From assembly GCA_963728325.1 (NCBI GenBank), contig CAVSJS010000007.1:113943-177942 (forward strand): 64,000 bases of DNA, in the 5' to 3' direction. Position numbers and translations under genes: made by a program. The DNA comes from an uncultured Actinomycetes bacterium (GTDB lineage: Bacteria; Actinomycetota; Thermoleophilia; Solirubrobacterales; 70-9). The notes beneath the pieces are model-generated. The model did not search any database, was not told the origin of the DNA, and saw only the letters and a program-made list of their open reading frames with translations. Positions 19,462 through 28,329 of this stretch are shown one piece after another. Each line of letters begins with the position of its first letter. The first letter of the stretch is position 1.

Positions 19462-21462
19462 ATGACCGATCACCGCCTTCCGGAGCCCGACCGGCCCTGG
19501 ATGATGCGCACCTACGCTGGGCACTCCGACGCCCGGCGCTCCAACGAGCTCTACCGGCGAAATCTGGCCAAGGGCCAGACCGGCCTCTCGGTCGCCTTCG
19601 ATCTCCCCACCCAGACGGGGTATGACCCCGATCACCCGCTGGCCCGCGGCGAGGTCGGCAAGGTCGGCGTCTCGATCGTCCACAAGGGCGACATGCACAC
19701 GCTGCTCGACAGCATTCCGCTCGACGAGATGAACACCTCGATGACGATCAATGCCACAGCTGCCTGGCTGCTCGCGCTCTACGTCACGGTCGCCGAGGAG
19801 AACGGGATCGAGCGCGGCAAGCTCACGGGCACGACCCAGAACGACATCATCAAGGAGTACCTCTCGCGCGGCACCTACGCCTTCCCGCCCGAGCCCTCGA
19901 TGCGGCTGATCGCCGACACGGTGGCGTTCACCGTCAACGAGGCGCCGAGCTGGAACCCGATCAACGTCTGTAGCTACCACCTCCAGGAGGCGGGAGCGAC
20001 GCCCGTGCAGGAGGTCGCGTACGCGCTGTCGACCGCGATCGCGGTGCTCGACGAGACGAAGCGCCGCGGCCAGGTCTCGGAGAGCGACTTCCCGCGCGTC
20101 TTCGGCCGAATCTCGTTCTTCGTCAACGCCGGGGTGAGGTTCGTCGAGGAGCACGCGAAGCTGCGTGCCATGGGACGCCTGTGGGAGGAGATCGGCCGTC
20201 AGCGCTACGACGTCAGCGAGCCGAAGTACCTGCGGATGCGCTACGGGGTCCAGGTCAACTCGCTCGGCCTCACCGAGTCTCAGCCCGAGAACAACGTGCC
20301 GCGGATAGTGCTCGAGGCGCTCGCTGTCACATTGGGCCGCGACACGCGGGCCCGTGCGATCCAGCTCCCGGCCTGGAACGAGGCGCTCGGCCTGCCGCGG
20401 CCGTGGGACCAGCAGTGGAGCCTGCGGATCCAGCAGATCCTCGCCAACGAGACCGACCTGCTCGACTATCCCGACATCTTCGAGGGCTCGCGGGTGATGG
20501 ACGGCCTGGTCGAAGAGCTGGCCGACGGCGCGCGGGAGGAAATGGCGACCGTGGAGGAGCACGGCGGCGCCGTCGAGGCGGTGTCGTATATGAAGGCGCG
20601 GCTGGTCGAATCGCACCGCGAGCGCGTGGCCAAGATCGAGCGGGGCGAGATCAAGGTGGTGGGCCAGAACTGCTTCACCGAGACCGAGGACTCGCCCCTG
20701 ACGGCCGGCGCGGACGGCGGCATCCTGACGCCGGACCCCGAGGTCGAGCGCGAGCGCACGGAGGCCCTCGAGCGCTGGAAGGCCGAGCGTGATCAGGCCG
20801 GTGTGGACCGGGCCCTGGCGCGGCTGGCGGCCGCGGCCGGCGACGAGTCGGCGAACATCATGCCGGCGACGATCGAGGCGGCGAAGGCGGGCGCCACCAC
20901 TGGCGAGTGGGCGGGCGTCCTGCGTGACGTGTTCGGCGACTACCGCGCCCCGACCGGGGTCGCCGCCGCTGCCGAGAGCGGCGACGGCGAGCTGCTCGCG
21001 GCGGCCCGCGCTCGCATCGACGAGCTGGCGGAGCTGCTCGGCCATCGGCCGCGAATCCTCGTCGGCAAGCCTGGCCTCGACGGGCACTCCAACGGCGCCG
21101 AGCAGATCGCCGTGCGCGCCCGCGACGTCGGCATGGAGGTGATCTACCAGGGGATCCGCCTGACGCCCGAGCAGATCGCCGCCTCGGCGCGCGACGAGGA
21201 CGTCGACGTGGTCGGCCTCTCGATCCTGTCCGGCTCCCACCTCCAGCTGATCCCCGAGACCGTGCGGTTGCTGAGTGAGCAGGGGCTCGACGTCCCGGTC
21301 GTGGTCGGCGGCATCATCCCTGCCGCCGACGCCGAGGCACTGGTCAAGGCAGGTGTCGCCCGCGTCTACACGCCGAGGGACTTCGACCTCAACCGGATCA
21401 TGAGCGAGATCGCGGAGCTGGTGAGCGAGCGGGCTGAGACGACAACGGCCCAGCCCGCTTGA
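19462..21462 (+). CDS. Fused B12-dependent acyl-CoA mutase (catalytic plus cobalamin-binding domains). Ethylmalonyl-CoA mutase (Ecm/MeaA)-like by context.
   Basis: RTYAGHSDARRSNELYRRNLAKGQTGLSVAFDLPTQTGYD and TSMTINATAAW give the mutase core. The C-terminal LVGKPGLDGHSNGAEQIAVRARDVGMEVIYQG is the DxHxxG B12 domain. ccr lies 2 kb away. Confidence 0.7.
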   Translation: MTDHRLPEPDRPWMMRTYAGHSDARRSNELYRRNLAKGQTGLSVAFDLPTQTGYDPDHPLARGEVGKVGVSIVHKGDMHTLLDSIPLDEMNTSMTINATAAWLLALYVTVAEENGIERGKLTGTTQNDIIKEYLSRGTYAFPPEPSMRLIADTVAFTVNEAPSWNPINVCSYHLQEAGATPVQEVAYALSTAIAVLDETKRRGQVSESDFPRVFGRISFFVNAGVRFVEEHAKLRAMGRLWEEIGRQRYDVSEPKYLRMRYGVQVNSLGLTESQPENNVPRIVLEALAVTLGRDTRARAIQLPAWNEALGLPRPWDQQWSLRIQQILANETDLLDYPDIFEGSRVMDGLVEELADGAREEMATVEEHGGAVEAVSYMKARLVESHRERVAKIERGEIKVVGQNCFTETEDSPLTAGADGGILTPDPEVERERTEALERWKAERDQAGVDRALARLAAAAGDESANIMPATIEAAKAGATTGEWAGVLRDVFGDYRAPTGVAAAAESGDGELLAAARARIDELAELLGHRPRILVGKPGLDGHSNGAEQIAVRARDVGMEVIYQGIRLTPEQIAASARDEDVDVVGLSILSGSHLQLIPETVRLLSEQGLDVPVVVGGIIPAADAEALVKAGVARVYTPRDFDLNRIMSEIAELVSERAETTTAQPA

Positions 21463-21468
21463 CCACGG

Positions 21469-22803
21469 ATGCCTGACGCGCCACGAACCCGGTACGCACT
21501 GAGCGGGGACGCGCACATCGCATACCAGGTGTTCGGCGAGGGCGATCTCGACCTGGTCTTCGTCCCGGGCTTCGTCTCGAACATCGAGCACTACTGGGAG
21601 ATGCCGCAAGTTCCAGACCTGCTCGAGCGCCTCGGTTCCTTCGCCCGAGTCGTGATCTTCGACAAGCGGGGTACCGGGCTCTCCGACCCCGTCTCCGGTC
21701 CGCCGCCGCTGGAGCAGCGGATGGACGACATGCAGGCGGTCATGGACGCCGCGGGCGTGGAGCGGGCGGCGCTCTACGGGATCTCCGAGGGTGGCCCCGC
21801 GAGCGTGCTGTTCGCCGCCACCTACCCGGACCGCACCTCGGCGCTCGTCCTCTATGGATCGACACCGCGCTTCCGCACCGACTCCGACATCTCCTGGGGA
21901 GCGACCGACGAGCAGATCGAGGCTGTGCTCGCCCAGACCTCGGCCAGGTGGGGCGACGGCGCCCTTCTGGATCTCTTCGCACCCGCTGCCGCCGGCGATC
22001 CCGGGATGTACGAGGTCTGGGGCAGGTTCCAGCGGGCCAGCGCCAGCCCGGCGATGGCCAGGGGCGTGATGGCGGCCCTATTCGAGATCGACGTTCGCGA
22101 CATCCTGCCGTCGATCCGGGTGCCGACCCTGATCCTGCACCGTACGGGCGACCTGGTCGCTCCCGTCGAGGGCGCGCGACTGATGGCCGAGAGCATTCCG
22201 GATGCCCGATTGATCGAGTTCGAGGGCAGCGACCATGTCCCGTTCACCGGCGATTTCGAGCCGATCCTGGACGAGATGGAGGAGTTCCTGACCGGCACGC
22301 GCCAGGCCCGGCCGCTCGATCGCGTCCTGGCGACCGTGATGTTCACCGACCTCGTCGACTCGACGCGGCGTGCTGCCGATGCAGGCGACCGGCGCTGGCG
22401 GGAGCTGATCGAGCGCCACGACGAGGTCAGCCGACGCCAGCTCGACCGCTTCCGCGGCCGCGAGGTCAAGACCCTGGGAGACGGCTTCCTGGCCACCTTC
22501 GACGGGCCCGCGCGGGCGATTGAGTGCGCCTGCGCGATTCGAGATGGCGTCGGGCCCCTGGGCCTGGAGGTGCGCGCCGGCCTGCACACCGGGGAATGCG
22601 AGCTCTACCGCGATGATGTCCGCGGGATGGCTGTGAACATCGGCGCCCGGGTCGGAGCGCTTGCCGGCGCCAACGAAGTGCTGGTCTCCAGCACGGTGAA
22701 GGACCTCGTCGTCGGCGCGGACCTCCAGTTCGCCGAGCGCGGCGAGCACGAGCTCAAGGGCGTCCCGGGACGATGGCGCCTGTTCGCGGCGACTCCGGCT
22801 TAG
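21469..22803 (+). CDS. Alpha/beta-hydrolase fused to a class III adenylate/guanylate cyclase domain
   Basis: N-terminus: FDKRGTGLSD...GISEGG. C-terminus: VMFTDLVDSTRRA...KTLGDGFLATFDGPARAIECA...RAGLHTGECE...GMAVNIGARV. Confidence 0.8.
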   Translation: MPDAPRTRYALSGDAHIAYQVFGEGDLDLVFVPGFVSNIEHYWEMPQVPDLLERLGSFARVVIFDKRGTGLSDPVSGPPPLEQRMDDMQAVMDAAGVERAALYGISEGGPASVLFAATYPDRTSALVLYGSTPRFRTDSDISWGATDEQIEAVLAQTSARWGDGALLDLFAPAAAGDPGMYEVWGRFQRASASPAMARGVMAALFEIDVRDILPSIRVPTLILHRTGDLVAPVEGARLMAESIPDARLIEFEGSDHVPFTGDFEPILDEMEEFLTGTRQARPLDRVLATVMFTDLVDSTRRAADAGDRRWRELIERHDEVSRRQLDRFRGREVKTLGDGFLATFDGPARAIECACAIRDGVGPLGLEVRAGLHTGECELYRDDVRGMAVNIGARVGALAGANEVLVSSTVKDLVVGADLQFAERGEHELKGVPGRWRLFAATPA

Positions 22804-22826
22804 GCCAGCCGCAATCCGCCCCTGCC

Positions 22827-22832
22827 TAGAAT
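22827..22832 (+). promoter_or_regulatory. -10 hexamer TAGAAT, 7 nt upstream of ATG 22840 with no SD. Candidate leaderless promoter.
   Basis: CCTGCCTAGAATCGCTGCGATG. Confidence 0.4.
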
Positions 22833-22839
22833 CGCTGCG

Positions 22840-23334
22840 ATGGTCAGCGAGCGGACCCTCAGGCTTGTCTCCGCCGCAATCGCCGTAGCCGGAATCGGCG
22901 TGGCCATCTACATCACGATCTCCGACGCCGGCGGCGGCGCACCCGCCTGCCTGGTGGGCGGTAGCGGCTGCCAGACGGTCGCCGACAGCCATTACTCCCA
23001 CCTGCTCGGGGTCAACGTTGCGGTCTTCGGGATCATCGGGTACGCGTCGCTGCTGACGAGCGCCCTGGTACGCGGGGACGCGGGGCGCTTCGCTGGTCTT
23101 CTGCTGGCGCTGATCGGCTTCGGCTTCAGCGCCTACCTGACCTACCTGGAGCTGTTCGTGATCGACGCTATCTGCCAGTGGTGCGTGGTCAGCGCTGGAC
23201 TGATGGCCGTGCTGCTGATCGTCAACGCAGCCCGGGCCATCGCCTACGCCGGCGCGGAGCTCGCGGCCGGGGAGGGTTCGGGTGTCAACCAGGATGGCCA
23301 CGGCGCTGAGGTGCAACAAAGGTTGGCGCGCTAG
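22840..23334 (+). CDS. Vitamin K epoxide reductase (VKOR) family membrane protein
   Basis: Four or more TM spans, a loop Cys pair (CLVGGSGC) and the CQWC redox motif within a TM span. Confidence 0.75.
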   Translation: MVSERTLRLVSAAIAVAGIGVAIYITISDAGGGAPACLVGGSGCQTVADSHYSHLLGVNVAVFGIIGYASLLTSALVRGDAGRFAGLLLALIGFGFSAYLTYLELFVIDAICQWCVVSAGLMAVLLIVNAARAIAYAGAELAAGEGSGVNQDGHGAEVQQRLAR

Positions 23335-23346
23335 ATTCACTCGCGC

Positions 23347-24111
23347 ATGGCCAGCCGCGAGGAAAAGCGACAGCTTGCCCGGTCAGAACGCCAGCGCCGC
23401 GAGGCCGAGGAGCAGGCGCGAGAGCGCCGCCAGCGCCTCACTCGCCTCGGCACCGGCGCGGTGTTCGCGGCCGTCGTCGTGGTCGCGGTGGCGATCGTGA
23501 TCAGCCAGTCGGGGAACGACTCGGGCGGCGATACGAAGCTGGAGGGCGTCTCCTCGGTCCAGAGCGAGCTTCGGGGGCTCGACCAGCGTGGACTGACCCT
23601 TGGCGACCCGGGTGCAAAGGTGACCGTGGTGGAGTTCGGGGACCTCCAATGCCCCGTCTGCAAGACCTATTCGGAGCAAGTGATCCCCCAGCTGATCGAG
23701 GGGCCGGTGCGAAGCGGGGAGGCAAAGCTCGAGTTCCGCAATTGGACGATCATCGGGCCGGACTCGCAGGAGGCGGCCAAGGCCGCCCTGGCGGCCAGCG
23801 AACAGGACCGTTACTGGAGCTTCATCACGCTCTTCTATGGCAATCAGGGCGCAGAGAACTCGGGCTACGTGACCGACTCCTTTCTCGAGGCGGTGGCCGA
23901 GGGCGCCGGGGTCCAGGACATCGAGAAGTGGAACCAGGATCGCCAGAGTTCGCGCTGGGACGCCCAGCTAGCGCAGACCGCCACCGAGGCCGGGCGTGCG
24001 GGGTTCTCGGGCACGCCGGCCTTCCTGGTCGAGGGGCCGAATGGGAGCAGGGCACTGCCCAGCCCGGGTTCGGCCGCGCCGATCGAGGCGGCTATCCGTG
24101 AGGTGAGCTAG
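23347..24111 (+). CDS. DsbA-family thiol:disulfide oxidoreductase, membrane anchored
   Basis: N-terminal TM span followed by VVEFGDLQCPVCKTY (CxxC thioredoxin fold). It is adjacent to VKOR. TAGATT lies 9 nt upstream of the ATG. Confidence 0.8.
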   Translation: MASREEKRQLARSERQRREAEEQARERRQRLTRLGTGAVFAAVVVVAVAIVISQSGNDSGGDTKLEGVSSVQSELRGLDQRGLTLGDPGAKVTVVEFGDLQCPVCKTYSEQVIPQLIEGPVRSGEAKLEFRNWTIIGPDSQEAAKAALAASEQDRYWSFITLFYGNQGAENSGYVTDSFLEAVAEGAGVQDIEKWNQDRQSSRWDAQLAQTATEAGRAGFSGTPAFLVEGPNGSRALPSPGSAAPIEAAIREVS

Positions 24112-24171
24112 TGGGCAGCTCGGAAACGTTGGTGCATCGCTGCCGGATGGCCCCCTAGACCGAAGCGATCG

Positions 24172-24732
24172 GTGGGCGGCCAGCCGATCGAGTTTCCGGT
24201 CGAGGGCCTGAGCGACGGGGTGGTGCGCCTCCGCCTTATGGCGGAGGCCGACCTGCCGGCCATCGTCGCTGCGTGCCAGGACCCCGAGATCCCACGCTGG
24301 ACGAGGGTCCCGGAGACCTACGGCGAGTCGGAGGCGCGAACCTGGTTCGAGCAGGAGGCCGAGCGGCGCGCCCGGGGGGAACAGCTCGGGCTGGTGATCG
24401 TCGATCCCGGCAGCGGGCGCCTGGAGGGCTCGGTCGGCATCGTGCGCTTCGACTCGCAGGAGGGGCGTTGCGAGCTTGGCTACTGGACGGCGCGGGACAG
24501 CCGCGAACGCGGCCTCGCGACGCGGGCCGTCCGGTTGCTCAGCAGCTGGGCGTTCGAGCACCTGCCGATCGACCGGATCGAGATCCACGCCGAACCGGAG
24601 AACGCCGCCTCCCGCCGGGTCGCCGAGCGGGCGGGGTTCAGCTTCGAAGGGGTGCTTCGCTCGTACCTGGTGAACAAGGGAGTGCGGCGCGACGCCGCCT
24701 CGTACTCCCTGCTCCGCGGCGAGCTACGCTGA
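24172..24732 (+). CDS. GNAT family N-acetyltransferase (RimJ/RimL-like)
   Basis: ELGYWTARDSRERGLATRAVRLLSSWAFEHLPIDRIEIHAEPENAASRRVAERAGFSFEG. Confidence 0.8.
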   Translation: MGGQPIEFPVEGLSDGVVRLRLMAEADLPAIVAACQDPEIPRWTRVPETYGESEARTWFEQEAERRARGEQLGLVIVDPGSGRLEGSVGIVRFDSQEGRCELGYWTARDSRERGLATRAVRLLSSWAFEHLPIDRIEIHAEPENAASRRVAERAGFSFEGVLRSYLVNKGVRRDAASYSLLRGELR

Positions 24733-24737
24733 ATGAG

Positions 24738-25307
24738 ATGAACGACGGCTTTTCCGGGGACCAGAGCGCCTGGTTGCGCTGCTACCGCTGCTGGTCGCAG
24801 CGGCTCGAGGCCCAGGTCCACTACGACGCCATCCTCAAGGTCGATCCCGAGAGCGGCGAGGCCGCCGACCGAGTCGAGGAGATCCAGGAAGCCGTGGTCC
24901 AGTGCCTCGACTGCATGCACGACCAGCCCCACCTGACGGTCGAGGACGGGCGGGTCGTCCCGGTCGAGGACCGCTGGGAGCGGATGGTTGCCGGCAGGCC
25001 GTTCGTCGCCTCATGCACGGTGACCGTGGACCAGGACCAGGTCGAGACCTGCTCCGGCCCCGAGGCCGCCGACAGCCTCACCTACGGCTCGCTGGGCGAC
25101 TCGGGCACGCGGGAGTTCTTCACCCACGTCCGCTTCCACAAGCACGACTCCGAACGGATCGTGGTTCACCTGCTGGTCGAGCTCTACGCGCGCACCGAGG
25201 AGGAGGCCATCGACGTGCTCGAGGGTGCCGCCCGGGGGACGCTGGAGATCACCTCGCTCGCCGAGGAGTCACGCCCCCCCGCCCACGCCGCCGACGAGGC
25301 ACACTAG
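24738..25307 (+). CDS. Hypothetical protein (189 aa), Cys-pair containing
   Basis: Protein-like composition with CYRC...CLDC pairs (possible zinc ribbon). It is the in-frame ATG within ORF 24273..25307, just after the GNAT stop. Confidence 0.45.
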   Translation: MNDGFSGDQSAWLRCYRCWSQRLEAQVHYDAILKVDPESGEAADRVEEIQEAVVQCLDCMHDQPHLTVEDGRVVPVEDRWERMVAGRPFVASCTVTVDQDQVETCSGPEAADSLTYGSLGDSGTREFFTHVRFHKHDSERIVVHLLVELYARTEEEAIDVLEGAARGTLEITSLAEESRPPAHAADEAH

Positions 25308-25671
25308 TCCCGCCCCCAATACCTCGCCAGCCTGCGGTGGCGGTGGGCGAACAGCCGGGCGACGATCGCACCCGCCAGCCGGGCGGAGCCGGGAACGACG
25401 GCCAGCGGGCGGCGGAGTCGAAAGGCGAGCCGGTCGGTGATCTCGCAGCCGTCACCGGCCGGGGCCCCAGCCCGAAGAGCAGGATCCAGCTCCGCCCAAG
25501 CGGCTCGCCGAGCGGGACCTCGTCGATCGTCTTGCCCCGCATCGAGGGGGGCATCGTCATGCGCATCAGCGGCCGGAGCTCGTCGTTGATGCCCTCGGGC
25601 GTCACCGCCCGCGCCCAGACGGCCTCCGCGGCGGCGGAGAGGGTCGAGGCATGGACGACGATCTGCGGCAC
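25304..25671 (-). pseudogene. Remnant of a small SRPBCC-like protein (internal deletion plus frame change)
   Basis: VHASTLSAAAEAVWARAVTPEGINDELRPLMRMTMPP...LGRSWILLFGLG continues in another frame as GDGCEITDRLAFRLRRPL...LFAHRHRRLARYWG. The expected middle is absent. The stop overlaps the convergent gene stop (CTAG). The family call is from memory only. Confidence 0.3.
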
Positions 25672-25707
25672 GCGTGCGATCGAGCGACGATATAAGTCCC
25701 CCCCAAC

Positions 25708-26685
25708 ATGCCGGGCATCGGTGCCTTCATCTCCGCCGGTAAGTCGCTCGACTCGACGCTCGGCCGAGTGCGGCGGGCCGACGGGCTCGGCTTCGATGCG
25801 GTCTACACGACGCAGATCGCGGGCCGCGACGCGCTCAGCCTGCTGACGGCCTACGCGTCGGTCAGCGAGCGGATCCGGCTCGGCACCGGCGTGGTGCCGA
25901 TCTTCGCGCGCACGCCGGTGGCGATGGCACAGGCGGCGGCGACCATCGACGAGTTCTCGGGCGGGCGAATGGTCCTGGGGTTGGGCGTCTCCCACCAGGT
26001 TACGGTCGAGAATTGGTACGACGCCACGATCGAAAAGCCGGTGGCCCAGATGCGCGAGTACGTGGGCATCGTGCGCGCGATTCTGCGCGGCGAGGCCCCG
26101 CCCCAGGGCGAGTTCTTCAACACCAACTTCCAGTTCATGGGCTATGAGCCTCGACCGGAACTGCCGATCTATGTCGCCGCTCTCTCTCCCAACATGCTCC
26201 GCCTCGCCGGCGAGCTCGCGGACGGGGTGATGCTGTGGCTCTGCAACCCCGGCTACATCCGCGAGGTGGTCGTCCCCGAGGTGACCGAAGGTCGCCAGCG
26301 GGCCGGCAAGGCGCTCGACGGCTTCGACGTGGTGGCCGCCGTGCCGGTGGCGCTCACCGACGAGCCGGACGCTGCCCGCGCCACCATGCGCCAGGACCTG
26401 ATCCCGTATGCCTCCCTCCCCTTCTACCGCGCGATGCTGGAGCGCTCGGGCTTTGGTGACGAGATCGCGGCATTCGACGAGGGGATGCAGGCCGGCGACC
26501 CGGACCGCGCCAAGGCCGGGCTGTCGGACCAGATGCTCGGCGCGCTCGCCGGCATCGGGTCGGCCGAGGAGGTCAGGGCCGCGGTGCAGCGCTACCTGGA
26601 GGCAGGCGCGATCTCCCCGTGCGTGGGGGGCGTGCCAAGGACCGACTTCGACGGAGCGCTCGAGGCGGTCGCCGAGCTGATCTAG
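25708..26685 (+). CDS. LLM-class (luciferase-like) F420-dependent oxidoreductase
   Basis: GFDAVYTTQIAGRDALSLLTAYASVSERIRLGTGVVPIFARTP...MVLGLGVSHQ is the typical LLM pattern. Confidence 0.8.
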   Translation: MPGIGAFISAGKSLDSTLGRVRRADGLGFDAVYTTQIAGRDALSLLTAYASVSERIRLGTGVVPIFARTPVAMAQAAATIDEFSGGRMVLGLGVSHQVTVENWYDATIEKPVAQMREYVGIVRAILRGEAPPQGEFFNTNFQFMGYEPRPELPIYVAALSPNMLRLAGELADGVMLWLCNPGYIREVVVPEVTEGRQRAGKALDGFDVVAAVPVALTDEPDAARATMRQDLIPYASLPFYRAMLERSGFGDEIAAFDEGMQAGDPDRAKAGLSDQMLGALAGIGSAEEVRAAVQRYLEAGAISPCVGGVPRTDFDGALEAVAELI

Positions 26686-26709
26686 CACCGCGGCCCAGCG
26701 GCATCCCGG

Positions 26710-27291
26710 CTAGCGAACCGCGTCGACGATCGCCGCGTCGAGGCCCACCAGCTCCTCGAGGCGCGCGACCCGCTCGCGCTTCAGCTCGGGAACCATCGCG
26801 GCGTACTCGTAGACCCGCTCCGTGCGCGCGTAGAGGAAGCGAGGGATGAGCTGGAATCGGTCGCTGCCCTCGATGCCGGGCACTTCCGCCGCCACCCGGT
26901 AGCCGAAGTCGGGATCCAGCTCCCACTCGACACTGCCGGCGAGGATCGCGTTGAGGATCGCCGCCGCCTGATCCTCCTCAATCCCGATCGAGCCCTCCGG
27001 GTCGGTGCCGCTGACGTGACCCGCCTTGAGCAGGTACGGATCGACGTAGCTCGCCTGCAGCCGTTCCAGGAAGCGGTTGGCATGGGCGGCGCGTGTGACG
27101 ACCGGCCCCAGGTCGCCCAGGGTCAGGTGGGCGACGGCCTGCGCCGGTTCGAGCGCGGCGACGGCCGGCAGGACACCGTCGTCGGGCGCCAACACCGCGA
27201 CGAAGCGAGCGCCGGCGAGCTTCGCGGCTTCGGCTTCGGCAAGCGAGGCGACCGGCAGGCCGCCGCGGTCACGGACTAGTTCATCCCACAT
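26710..27291 (-). CDS. Stand-alone protein resembling only the C-terminal region of ATP-dependent PEP carboxykinase
   Basis: LAPDDGVLPAVAALEPAQAVAHLTL and EEDQAAAILNAILAGSVEWELDPDFGYRVAAEVPGIEG..LIPRFLY parallel the PckA segments LTADAFGVLPPVSRLT..YHFL and TRAIIDAILNGSL...FNLAIPTELPGVD..ILDPRNTY. No P-loop half lies upstream. Confidence 0.4.
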   Translation of the reverse strand: MWDELVRDRGGLPVASLAEAEAAKLAGARFVAVLAPDDGVLPAVAALEPAQAVAHLTLGDLGPVVTRAAHANRFLERLQASYVDPYLLKAGHVSGTDPEGSIGIEEDQAAAILNAILAGSVEWELDPDFGYRVAAEVPGIEGSDRFQLIPRFLYARTERVYEYAAMVPELKRERVARLEELVGLDAAIVDAVR

Positions 27292-27327
27292 CGGCGATTT
27301 GGGCAGTCCAGGGGCCAGCAGCCCGGC

Positions 27328-27885
27328 CTACTCGGCAGGGCCCTCCGCCGCAGAGGCGCCGCCCTCGATCGCCTCGGGGCTTCGCGGCACCAAGACCGTG
27401 CGCTTGAACTCGGCGACGAGGGTCCCATCCTGCTTGTAGATCCGGGTATGGACCTTGACGATGCCCCGATCGGGCTTCGACTCCGAGGCTCGTACGTCGA
27501 GGACCTCTGACTCGGCGAACAGGGTGTCGCCGTGGAACACCGGTGCCGGGTGGCTCAGCTCCTCCGTCGCCAGGTTGGCGATCGCCTTGCCGGAGACGTC
27601 GCTCACCGACATCCCAAACGCCAGCGAGTAGACGAGAGGGCCTGCGACGACATTTCGCCCCTGCTGGGACTGGGATGCATAGAGGTCGTTGAGGTGCAGG
27701 GGATGGTGGTTCATGGTCAAGAGGCAGAACATGTGATCGTCGCCCTCGGTGACCGTCTTGGCCGGCCAGTGCTTGTAGACGGCGCCGACCTCGAACTCCT
27801 CCAGATAGCGCCCGTAGCGGTGGGCGCCCGACGCCTCGCGGGCGCCCTGGTCGGTAATCAGCTCGTGGGTCTGGGTATCGCTCAT
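27328..27885 (-). CDS. MaoC-family (R)-specific enoyl-CoA hydratase/dehydratase. Mesaconyl- or methylglutaconyl-CoA hydratase-like by context.
   Basis: YLEEFEVGAVYKHWPAKTVTEGDDHMFCLLTMNHHPLHLN hot-dog fold motif. There is a strong SD (GGAG) before ATG 27885. Confidence 0.8.
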   Translation of the reverse strand: MSDTQTHELITDQGAREASGAHRYGRYLEEFEVGAVYKHWPAKTVTEGDDHMFCLLTMNHHPLHLNDLYASQSQQGRNVVAGPLVYSLAFGMSVSDVSGKAIANLATEELSHPAPVFHGDTLFAESEVLDVRASESKPDRGIVKVHTRIYKQDGTLVAEFKRTVLVPRSPEAIEGGASAAEGPAE

Positions 27886-27920
27886 GACTCCTCTCTCCCC
27901 GATCCTAGTCGGGCGGTTCG

Positions 27921-28283
27921 CTAGTGCGCCTTCTTCAACCTCGTGCGCTCCATGTGCCGCCCGATCACGGTGCCGATCAGCTTCCGGATCTCGGGGTCGC
28001 CCGCGACCCTGATCTGGCCGCTCTCGTAGGCGTCGCGCCATTGCCGAAGCTTCCCCTTCTCGACGAGCTGGTTGAAGTGCGACCGTGAGAGGACCACCTC
28101 CACGCGGGCGTCCTCGGGCTCGCCCTTGGTCACCTCGGGGCCCGGCAGGCGGACCCGGAACACCTGGACGTCGCCGCGGCCCCGCAGCTCGAGCCGCACG
28201 ACGAGCTTCAACGGACCGAGCGCCGGAACCTCGCGCTCGAGGTTCCGGACGGCAACGGCTATCAGCTCGGCAGGACGCGCCAT
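27921..28283 (-). CDS. SCP2 sterol-carrier-like domain protein
   Basis: LKLVVRLELRGRGDVQVFRVRL...SRSHFNQLVEKGKLRQWRDAYESGQIRVAGDPEIRKLIG. Start taken at MARPAEL. Confidence 0.45.
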   Translation of the reverse strand: MARPAELIAVAVRNLEREVPALGPLKLVVRLELRGRGDVQVFRVRLPGPEVTKGEPEDARVEVVLSRSHFNQLVEKGKLRQWRDAYESGQIRVAGDPEIRKLIGTVIGRHMERTRLKKAH

Positions 28284-28329
28284 CGTGAACCCCGCCGGGG
28301 CGCAGGTGAAGCCGAGCACGCCGCGGACA

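Noticed and set aside
19432-21609. Long antisense ORFs opposite well-supported genes (also 25249..26688 upstream part, 28072..29634, 28262..30145, 37733..39049, 40466..41872, 42813..44150 and 47357..48523)
   Set aside because: These are typical high-GC shadow frames. They have extreme Arg/Gly/Pro/Ala content and no family motifs, and each overlaps a gene with strong motif support on the other strand or in another frame.
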